DNA from: Paracoccaceae bacterium
Lineage (GTDB): Bacteria; Pseudomonadota; Alphaproteobacteria; Rhodobacterales; Rhodobacteraceae
Reading direction: 5' to 3'
Length of the DNA: 64,000 nucleotides
NCBI GenBank assembly: GCA_016938875.1
Contig: JAFGTV010000038.1
Span: 93,770 to 157,769 of the forward strand
Each line of letters opens with the position of its first letter. Within the stretch, counting starts at the first letter, position 1. Both the position numbers and the translations under genes were made by a program. Below the pieces are notes generated by a model that searched no databases, had not been told where the DNA came from, and saw only the letters and a list, made by a program, of their open reading frames with translations. Positions 37,210-44,196 of the stretch are shown here, one piece after another.

Positions 37210-38416
37210 CGCGCCGCTCGCTGCGGGGGCGGGGGATGCAGGTGTCATAGACCCGCCCAAGTGCCGCGTCGGTCGATTCCGCGCAGAAATCGCGCAGCAT
37301 CCATTCCCGTCCCCGTCGCCCCATCGCGGCCAGGTCGGCGGTGGACATCAGTGCTATGGTTTGCGCCAGATCCTCCGTTTTCAGCGTGATGCAGCGGCCA
37401 CAGCCCTGCCGGTCGAGATCCTGCCAAGGGGTCGCGTCGGTGGTGATGACCGGCACGGCATGGGCCAGCGCCTCGGCGATTGCGATGCCGAAATTCTCTG
37501 AATGGCTGGGCAGCACGAAGATATCCGCCGCCAGGAAGGCACGCGTCTTGGCCGCGCCGTCCACATGGCCGTGAAAGCGCACCCGCTCGCCCAGATCGAC
37601 CGCCTGTTGGCGCAGCTTTTGCACATAGGCCGGGTCGCCGTCGCCATAGACATCCAGGCAGAAGCTGTCGGGCAAATGGCGCAGCGCCGCGATCAGGGGC
37701 TCGATCCCCTTTTTCACGTGCAGGCGACTGAGAAACATCAGCCGGGTCTGGCTGCGTGTCCGGTCCGCTGCGTGTGATTTGCCGCGTGCGGGAACCTCGA
37801 CCGAGTTCGGCACCACCGCCACCCGAATGCCGCCCAGCCGCCGCGTGCTGGTGTCCGCCTCGCGCTGCGAGGTGACCAGCAAGACGCAATTGCGCGGCCG
37901 CAGGACTTGGGCTGCCCGCTCGAAACCGCGCTTGAGCCGCGCGCGGGGCACCTCGGCCCATTCGCTTGTGGCCTGAAGCGCGCCGCGGGGCGACCAGATG
38001 ACCGGTTTGTTCAACAATCGGGCCAGCGCAAGTGTGGGCAGGGTGGGGAAATTGTAGGTTCCGGTCAGGTGCACCAGATCGGCGCGGGCCATCGCCAATG
38101 GCAGGCGCCACAGCAGCCCCACCGAGATCGAATGCCCGCCGATCCGCCGGGCATAATGGACGTTGTAACCCCGGGGAAAGGGAACCGTCTTTGCGCTGTC
38201 GGCCAGCCGATCCCGCCTGGAGGGCCCCGCGGCATCCGTCGTCAGCACGCTCAGCTCCCAGCGGGGATCCTTTGCCAGGCCATCGCAGATCGCCTTGGTC
38301 GAGTGGATCGGGCCCCCCCATGCCACCGCGGGGTAAAAACTGGGGCTGACATGCAGCACCCTCACGGTCTGCGGCCCGGTGCCGGATGGGGTGTTGGCGG
38401 CCAAACACATTTGCAC
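37202..38416 (-). CDS. GT4-family (GT-B) glycosyltransferase
   Basis: 404 aa. N-terminal VLHVSPSFYPAVAWGGP and a C-terminal E-x7-E-type region (PSHSENFGIAIAEALAHAVPVI). Confidence 0.85.
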   Translation of the reverse strand: MQMCLAANTPSGTGPQTVRVLHVSPSFYPAVAWGGPIHSTKAICDGLAKDPRWELSVLTTDAAGPSRRDRLADSAKTVPFPRGYNVHYARRIGGHSISVGLLWRLPLAMARADLVHLTGTYNFPTLPTLALARLLNKPVIWSPRGALQATSEWAEVPRARLKRGFERAAQVLRPRNCVLLVTSQREADTSTRRLGGIRVAVVPNSVEVPARGKSHAADRTRSQTRLMFLSRLHVKKGIEPLIAALRHLPDSFCLDVYGDGDPAYVQKLRQQAVDLGERVRFHGHVDGAAKTRAFLAADIFVLPSHSENFGIAIAEALAHAVPVITTDATPWQDLDRQGCGRCITLKTEDLAQTIALMSTADLAAMGRRGREWMLRDFCAESTDAALGRVYDTCIPRPRSERRDA

Positions 38417-38428
38417 GCCTTGGGCGGC

Positions 38429-39250
38429 TCAGCTCTCATATCCGGCGGCCTTCAGCACATGCCCGAAATCCGAGTGAAACCGCGCCTGCAAATCCGGCGG
38501 CATCTGGGTTTTCCATGCCCCGGCAAGCCCTTGCCGCTTGGTGCTGTCCAGGCATTTTTCACCGGGCTTGCGTCCGGTCTGTGCTTCGAAGCTGTTGCGC
38601 GCGACGGCAAAGGCGATGGTTTCGCGCGACACCGGACGCGTCGAAAGCGTGGCCGTTGCGCGCGCGAGTGTCGCCTCTGGGGCGGTTTTCATGTCTTCGT
38701 AGCGGAGGGTCGTGACCTGGGCGCGCGTCGTGCTGATCCAGGGCAGAACATGCGCGCCGCAATTCACCCAGCTGCCCAACGGACGCGTCATCCACTCGTG
38801 GTAGAACATCGAAAGATCGACGTCGTCTCGCGCCGCGCCGCGCGCCAGCAACGCGAGCGACGGGTGCAGGCCGAGAACCCGCTTTCTCACGCTCGGGCTG
38901 CCTTCCAGATAGGTCGTCACCGTCTTGTCGAAATGTGACAGGAACACGTCGCGCCCGTCGCGCAGGACATAGACGATGTCATGGCCGTCGATGACCCGGT
39001 GATCGTGATTGTGGATGATCGCGCGAAAGGTTACCGGCAGCCGCGAAAACCTGGGCACCGGCAACTGAAGCGCATCGCCCAGCATGTCGCGGATCCAGTT
39101 TCCACCAGAGCGCGGGAATTCGGTCAGCACGATAAAGGGCGCGCGCCCCGGTCGGTGCCGGGCGAATTCATAGTTGCCCCGCGCCGAAGCCGCGACCATG
39201 AACCGCGCAAGGCGCCCGCGCGGCCGGGTGTTGAAAACGCCTTTATTCAT
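38429..39250 (-). CDS. sulfotransferase
   Basis: 273 aa. PAPS 5'-phosphosulfate-binding loop FPRSGGNW (about 39095-39115) and a 3'-phosphate-binding-like YVLRDGRDVFLS. Confidence 0.75.
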   Translation of the reverse strand: MNKGVFNTRPRGRLARFMVAASARGNYEFARHRPGRAPFIVLTEFPRSGGNWIRDMLGDALQLPVPRFSRLPVTFRAIIHNHDHRVIDGHDIVYVLRDGRDVFLSHFDKTVTTYLEGSPSVRKRVLGLHPSLALLARGAARDDVDLSMFYHEWMTRPLGSWVNCGAHVLPWISTTRAQVTTLRYEDMKTAPEATLARATATLSTRPVSRETIAFAVARNSFEAQTGRKPGEKCLDSTKRQGLAGAWKTQMPPDLQARFHSDFGHVLKAAGYES

Positions 39251-40571
39251 CGACCGTTACCGCCCGTTTGGGGGCGCGCAGCGCGTTGATCGAACTATCA
39301 ACCCCGATGCGTCTGCGGATCGCCTGCCAGAGCATGGCGTTCGAGATTGCAGCCCCAAGCGCATAGCCCGCCGCGACCCAGGCCATCCCCATCGTCCCGG
39401 TCGAGATCACCACCGCGCTGGCCAGCGCCAGTCCGGCCAGGCGGGAAACAAGGGCCGTCTTTTCCATCCGGCATTGCATGGCAACGGCGAAATTCGCCCC
39501 GAACCCCACGTTGATGGCAGAGGCGGCCATCAGGATTGCGACCGTGGTCCACAGCATGGGCGTGGCGGGGATGTCATAGGCCCAAAGGACAATCGGCATG
39601 GCCAGGATCGTGATCGCCAACAGTGCCAGGCCGGGCAGCAGCGTCAGTTGCGCCCCCCGGCGGCATGCGGCTTGCAACCTCGGGGTGTCCTTGTCGGCAT
39701 GGGCCCGGCCAAGCGTCACGACCACAGCCCAATTGGCAACCACCTGTGGCATGGAGCAGAGGTTCGCGACCCGCTTGAGCACCTGGTAATGCCCCAGATC
39801 GGCGGCCCCCAGGACGAGGCCGCCCAGCAGGATGTCAATCTGTGTCCAGATCATGTTGGTTACCGCCATTCCCCAGAACCCGCCGAACGACGCCCTGGCT
39901 GTGGGGGGCCTGGGGGCTGCGGCAAAGAAATCCACCCCCCCGCGCGGACGACTGCGCAGCAGATAAAGCCCCGCGGCAAGCGGCAGCGGCGCAATGCCCA
40001 GAAACAGCATGAAAACGGTTTCGGGCCGCACGCTGCCGACCGTCGACAGCACCAGGGACGCCAGGACCATCGCCGTCTGCGGTCCCGCATCGCGCAAAGC
40101 CATCGAAAGGCCGGTTCGCCCCATCACGCGAAACGGAACGGCCAGGACATTGGTGAAATTGATCACCAACGCCGTCCCCGCCACGAGCGCTACGGTCCGG
40201 GCCGGGATCGCAGCCCCCCCCGTCAAATCCGCCAGCCGCGGCCCAAGCAGTCCGGCCGCCGCCGCGATGCCGGACAAGATGAGGATCGGCCAGAGAAAGA
40301 CCAGGCGCATGGCCTGGGCGCGTGTCACGCCGTTATGCGCCCCGGCCTGACGGGCAGAGAATTCGCGCATCAAAAGGGCCGGCGCCCCCATCGAGGCCAT
40401 TGCCGAAAGCGATAGGGCCGCCGACCACATCAGGGCATAGCGCCCGAAATCCTCTGCCGTCATCAGAAAGGCGACAACAAGAAGGGCGACGAAATTCGTG
40501 CCCACGACCGCGCCGCGCGTCCCGTAGATACCCCAGTCCGAGGCCATCAGATGTCTGGCGCGTGCGCGCAT
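39243..40571 (-). CDS. wzx: polysaccharide flippase (Wzx / MOP superfamily)
   Basis: 442 aa polytopic membrane protein with the typical Wzx N-terminus (…GTNFVALLVVAFLMTAEDFGRYAL…). The start abuts the upstream stop (TAGATG) and the 3' end overlaps the next gene by 8 nt. Confidence 0.8.
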   Translation of the reverse strand: MRARARHLMASDWGIYGTRGAVVGTNFVALLVVAFLMTAEDFGRYALMWSAALSLSAMASMGAPALLMREFSARQAGAHNGVTRAQAMRLVFLWPILILSGIAAAAGLLGPRLADLTGGAAIPARTVALVAGTALVINFTNVLAVPFRVMGRTGLSMALRDAGPQTAMVLASLVLSTVGSVRPETVFMLFLGIAPLPLAAGLYLLRSRPRGGVDFFAAAPRPPTARASFGGFWGMAVTNMIWTQIDILLGGLVLGAADLGHYQVLKRVANLCSMPQVVANWAVVVTLGRAHADKDTPRLQAACRRGAQLTLLPGLALLAITILAMPIVLWAYDIPATPMLWTTVAILMAASAINVGFGANFAVAMQCRMEKTALVSRLAGLALASAVVISTGTMGMAWVAAGYALGAAISNAMLWQAIRRRIGVDSSINALRAPKRAVTVDE

Positions 40572-41459
40572 CTAGCGCCTTGCCCCGCGGCCTGGCAGTG
40601 TCGTGATCCCCAGGGCGGCAAGCTCTTGCGCCTGTCCGGCAAAGGCCCGGGCCAGCGCCGCCTCGGTCTGCGGGGTCAGCACGACCTCTGGCGCCGGGCG
40701 TCTGCGGGTCAGGGCCGACTTGCCCAGATCCACCATCGCGCGCGGCAACAGGGGGCGGATATGCCCCTGATACTGCGCGGATCGCACGACCCTGTCGATC
40801 CATGCAAACCGCGTCTGCCGCTGGCTGCCGCGCGGATTGCTGACACCCTTGCCCGCCCTGACCCCGGCAGGGTCCAACCCCAGATGCTCAAAGACGCGGG
40901 CAAGCGTGGCGTCACGATCCGCGACAAATTCCTCGAACGACAGAAACAGGATCTGTTCCAGGCCGAACGCCTCGATCCAGGGGCGGGCCTGCATTGCATA
41001 ATCGCTCAGCTCCCGATAGCGCGGATCGTCACGGATCGCGGCGTCATACTCTGCCCGCGCCAGCCGGCCGACGGCATAGTCATGGGCAAGCTGGCTGCGG
41101 ATCCGCGCCACCGGATCGCGCATCAGGTAGATGATCTTCAGCCCCGGGCCGCACAAGGCGCGGGCGCGCGCCGCCACGCAGGGACGGGTGGGCACCATCG
41201 TGTATCCGGTCGAACCCTCTGCGCGCAGTTGTCCAGGGGCCGCGCCGGCGAAATGCAGCGCGTAAAGGCGACGCGCCGCCTCATCCCCGTCGGCCTTGTG
41301 CAGGATGTCGGGCTCTTTTGCCGACGGCATGAAAACGCCCGGATGACGCGAGAGATCGTCGTAAAGCGTGGTCGTTCCGGCCTTTGCCGCCCCGATGATC
41401 ATGAAATGCGGGGTCGATGCGCCGATCGTGCCCGTGTCATGTTCAGCCATCGTGGGCAT
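40572..41459 (-). CDS. sulfotransferase
   Basis: 295 aa. PSB loop IIGAAKAGTTTLY (about 41361-41399) and 3'PB-like IIYLMRDPVARIRSQ. ATG 41450 is an alternative start. Confidence 0.8.
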   Translation of the reverse strand: MPTMAEHDTGTIGASTPHFMIIGAAKAGTTTLYDDLSRHPGVFMPSAKEPDILHKADGDEAARRLYALHFAGAAPGQLRAEGSTGYTMVPTRPCVAARARALCGPGLKIIYLMRDPVARIRSQLAHDYAVGRLARAEYDAAIRDDPRYRELSDYAMQARPWIEAFGLEQILFLSFEEFVADRDATLARVFEHLGLDPAGVRAGKGVSNPRGSQRQTRFAWIDRVVRSAQYQGHIRPLLPRAMVDLGKSALTRRRPAPEVVLTPQTEAALARAFAGQAQELAALGITTLPGRGARR

Positions 41460-41703
41460 CCTTGGCGATCGGGTCGGGTGCGCGGGAGCGGCCGCGTTCG
41501 ATCCCTGCGGGGATGTCGCGGCCTTTGGCTTTGCGGGCGCGCTGGGGGTGAAAAATGCGCGCCCAGATGGGATCGACGGCCAGGGCAGGGGGCACAGCCC
41601 CGCCAGATCCGGCGATCGCGCGGGGCGGGACGTGTGTCCGGCGTGTCAGCACACGCCCCGCGGCAGGGCGATCTCGGTCGGGGACGGTGCGGGGCTCTTT
41701 CAT
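41443..41703 (-). CDS. possible small basic Pro/Arg-rich leader ORF (hypothetical)
   Basis: 86 codons from ATG 41703 (MKEPRTVPDRDRP...). Third-position GC is about 75-80%. The stop overlaps the alternative sulfotransferase start as ATGGCTGA. No homologue recognised. Confidence 0.3.
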   Translation of the reverse strand: MKEPRTVPDRDRPAAGRVLTRRTHVPPRAIAGSGGAVPPALAVDPIWARIFHPQRARKAKGRDIPAGIERGRSRAPDPIAKDAHDG

Positions 41704-41779
41704 CAAACACGCAGAACGCGAATGGGCTGATTGCCAGCTTTGCAGGGCGTCTTTGCGCCGGGGGCAGGCAACGGCTACC

Positions 41780-41811
41780 GCACCGCAGGTGGCGGGGGCC
41801 GCCTGCGGTGC
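41780..41811. promoter_or_regulatory. very stable GC-rich hairpin in the EPS operon leader
   Basis: GCACCGCAGGTGGC-GGGG-GCCGCCTGCGGTGC: 14 bp, with one G-T pair on the plus strand that becomes an A-C mismatch on the minus-strand RNA. No U tract. Confidence 0.5.
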
Positions 41812-41850
41812 AAACTCCAGCGCCACAGGGCGCGCTGTCATCCCATCTGC

Positions 41851-41910
41851 CTTCACAACCTAAGGATTAGTGCATGTGTTCCAGCATGAACAGACACAAC
41901 CTTAACGAAA
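41851..41910 (-). promoter_or_regulatory. AT-richer candidate promoter/operator of the EPS operon
   Basis: Palindrome TGTTC-N6-GAACA (41877-41892) is flanked by direct repeats CACAACCTAA (41854-41863) and CACAACCTTA (41895-41904). Confidence 0.3.
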
Positions 41911-41964
41911 GTTTGCCCTGTGGCGACTTCCCGCACGATGCGTGGTCAGCTCGGCAACGCCGGG

Positions 41965-42309
41965 TCAGGTTTCGCCTGAAAGAGTGCGCCATTGCTGCGT
42001 GATCTCGTCCCACAGCCAGTCGCCGGTTTCGGGGCAGGGGATGGGCGGCTGCCAGTCGCCGCGTGCGTCCAGCCTCCACGACGGATAGGGCTGCGGCGTC
42101 ACAAACGCGTCGCGCCCGGCATCAAAGCGCATGCCCGGTGCCGCGAACCGGCGCCGGATCGACCCCGAAAAACTGGTTTGCACCCAGCGCCCCCCAAGCC
42201 CCAGGACGTCACGACAAAAGGTGGCGCCGGTTTTTTCACGGGTGTCGGGCACGCGGATCACCCGCAGCACGGTTCCGTCCTCGTCGATTTGTGCGAAATG
42301 TGCCATCAT
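41965..42309 (-). CDS. small phage/GTA-associated hypothetical protein
   Basis: 114 aa (MMAHFAQIDEDGTVLRVIRVPD...). ATGA overlap with the glycine-rich gene upstream. Confidence 0.6.
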   Translation of the reverse strand: MMAHFAQIDEDGTVLRVIRVPDTREKTGATFCRDVLGLGGRWVQTSFSGSIRRRFAAPGMRFDAGRDAFVTPQPYPSWRLDARGDWQPPIPCPETGDWLWDEITQQWRTLSGET

Positions 42310-43178
42310 GCAGCCTCCCCGATCCGATAGCTCAGGATCACGACGCCGGACCCGCCTGTGCCGCTGCCGGGGCTTCGTTTGGAACCGCCCCCCCCGCCGC
42401 CGGTGTTCGGGGCGCCGCTTGCGCCGGGGTTGTTGTTGCCGCCGGCCCCGCCGCCGCCCAGTCCGCCATCCCCGGGCGCCGTGGCCTGAAGCAACTGGCC
42501 GCCGCCGCCGCCGCAATACCAGGTCGGGGTGCCGGTGATGTCACTGAGCAGGCCGTCCCCGCCATGACCGGGCATGCTCTGGGTGTTCTCGACGCCGGGT
42601 GCGCCCGCGCCGCCGCCCCCCGACGCCCCCAGGCCATCGGGGTTGAAGCCGCCATCGTGGCCCTGACCCGAAAGGCCCGCGCCCCCGTCGCAACTGGCAA
42701 AGGTGCCGACCCCGCCCGACCCGGACGCGCCGCCGCCCGACCCGCCGTCGCGGCCATTGCCTGTCGGCGTGAACTGGCTGCCGCCGCCGCCGCCGCCCAC
42801 GGCCACCAAGGTGGCGAACAGGCTGTCGCTGCCATCGTTGCCCGGCCCGGCCTCTCCCGGGGGCTGGCCCGCGCCACCGGCCCCGATGATCACCGGATAG
42901 CTGCCCGCAGCCAGTGACAGGCGCCCGATCAACAGCCCCCCCGCGCCGCCGCCCGCCCCGTTCCCGCTGCCGCCGGCGCCACCGCCCGCGGCCAGCAGAT
43001 AGTCGATTTCCATTTCGGCGGGCAGCTCGAACAGCCCGCTATCCTCGAACCTGTGAACCTGCCACAGCGCCCCGCCGCTGGTCACCTGGGTGATCTGCCC
43101 GCCATTGGCCACCGGCACGCCGCCGCCACGGGCCCCGCGCAAGGCCAGCGAGAAAAAGGAATAGTTCTGTCCCAGCAT
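42306..43178 (-). CDS. glycine-rich fibre-like protein (GTA head-spike-fibre / phage tail-fibre-like)
   Basis: 290 aa from ATG 43178 (TGATG coupling). Globular N-terminus, then long GGxGG tracts (LAAGGGAGGSGNGAGGGAGG ... GGGGGGSKRSPGSGTGGSGVVILSY). Confidence 0.65.
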   Translation of the reverse strand: MLGQNYSFFSLALRGARGGGVPVANGGQITQVTSGGALWQVHRFEDSGLFELPAEMEIDYLLAAGGGAGGSGNGAGGGAGGLLIGRLSLAAGSYPVIIGAGGAGQPPGEAGPGNDGSDSLFATLVAVGGGGGGSQFTPTGNGRDGGSGGGASGSGGVGTFASCDGGAGLSGQGHDGGFNPDGLGASGGGGAGAPGVENTQSMPGHGGDGLLSDITGTPTWYCGGGGGQLLQATAPGDGGLGGGGAGGNNNPGASGAPNTGGGGGGSKRSPGSGTGGSGVVILSYRIGEAA

Positions 43179-43444
43179 CACGCCATCACCAGCGCGTGGA
43201 TGCCGCTTGCCGTGGTGCCCGTGGCCAGCACCTGGCGCACGCCCACCGGCAGAAAGGCGCGGTCGCCCAGCATCACGGTGCGGGGTTGACCGGCCACCGT
43301 GACCAGCGCCAGCACGCCGCCGGTCTCGACATAAAGCGAGGTGGCCACATCGGCCATTTCGCCGCTGTCGCTGGGGGTGACGGGGACGATGTCGGTGGCC
43401 GGACCACTCAGCGAGGGGGCACGGTTTTCGAAAGGGTTGCTCAT
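43178..43444 (-). CDS. small spike-base-like protein (recalls RcGTA Rcc01079 family)
   Basis: 88 aa from ATG 43444 (GGAGA RBS): MSNPFENRAPSLSGPATDIVPVTPSD...LATGTTASGIHALV. The family assignment is from memory and not verified. Confidence 0.55.
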   Translation of the reverse strand: MSNPFENRAPSLSGPATDIVPVTPSDSGEMADVATSLYVETGGVLALVTVAGQPRTVMLGDRAFLPVGVRQVLATGTTASGIHALVMA

Positions 43445-43680
43445 GGGTGTCTCCGATGCGCCTGGTTTTGATCCACGGGGCAAAGGGGGGCGGCACATCG
43501 CCCGGCCCCAGTCCCGGTTAAGCGCGGCGATCATCGCGCACGGGTCTGTCGGGCGGGTTTACGCGCCGCGCGCACGCGCAGGGCGGCGTTAACCCGCCGC
43601 CGCGACCCGGCGGGGGCTTGCGTTCCGGGGCGGGGCTGGCATCCTGACATGCACTGCAAGGCGGCCCAAAGGACATCCCC

Positions 43681-44181
43681 GTGCCCCAGACCACGCTCCG
43701 AACCGACTGGGCCCTGGCCCAGATCAAGCCCAACGCCGACCGCCTGGCCGAGCGTAACCTGCTGCGCCAGGGCTTTCGCGTGTTTCTGCCGCGCCTTGCC
43801 AGCACCCGGCGCAGTGGCGCGCGGTTCGTCACCGCGTCGCGGCCGGTCTTTCCGGGATATGTCTTTGTCGGACAGCAGGCCGGGGCGGCGCGCTGGCAGG
43901 CGGTGAACGCCACCCAGGGCATTACCCGGCTGGTCAGCTTTGGCGGCACACCCGCGCGGGTGCCCGGGGCGCTGATCGCGGCGCTGCGCGAGCGGGTGGC
44001 GCAGGATACCGTTCCACCCGTGGCCCCCGGCGACAAGGTGCGTCTGACCGCGGGCGCCTTTGCCGATTTCGTCGCTACCGTCGAGACGCTGAGCCCCGAG
44101 CGGCGCGTTTGGGTTTTGCTGGATCTCTTGGGCGGCGCGACGCGGGTGGCGGTGGATGCCGGCGACCTGCGGCTGATCTAG
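43681..44181 (+). CDS. NusG-family specialised paralogue (RfaH/UpxY-like antiterminator)
   Basis: 166 aa, GTG start. NGN domain (WALAQIKPNADRLAERNLLRQGFRVFLP) and KOW motif (GDKVRLTAGAFADFVATVE). It is not in the secE-nusG-rplK context. Confidence 0.8.
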   Translation: MPQTTLRTDWALAQIKPNADRLAERNLLRQGFRVFLPRLASTRRSGARFVTASRPVFPGYVFVGQQAGAARWQAVNATQGITRLVSFGGTPARVPGALIAALRERVAQDTVPPVAPGDKVRLTAGAFADFVATVETLSPERRVWVLLDLLGGATRVAVDAGDLRLI

Positions 44182-44196
44182 CCCGCTGACCGGGGG

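Noticed and set aside
41769-41786. ops-like sequence GCGGTGCGGTAGCCGTTG (minus strand) as a recruitment site for the NusG paralogue
   Set aside because: It was not promoted to a feature. Only 8 of 12 ops positions match, and ops recognition is defined for enterobacterial RfaH. The identical TGCGGTAGCC occurs at 6111-6120 and GCGGTAG at 52617-52623 and 53442-53448 inside or antisense to genes, so chance occurrence is likely. It is kept only as a note within the leader finding.
41902-41916. TTAA-N7-TTGC as a CtrA box upstream of the EPS operon
   Set aside because: Only one TTAA half-site is intact. I found no full TTAA-N7-TTAA in this leader or in the spike promoter region (43445-43680).
42330-42990. 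Highly repetitive GGC/GCC-rich DNA that could be mistaken for a tandem-repeat or CRISPR-like array
   Set aside because: The repeats are irregular and lie in frame within a single ORF encoding GGxGG tracts. There are no fixed-length repeat/spacer units and no cas genes.
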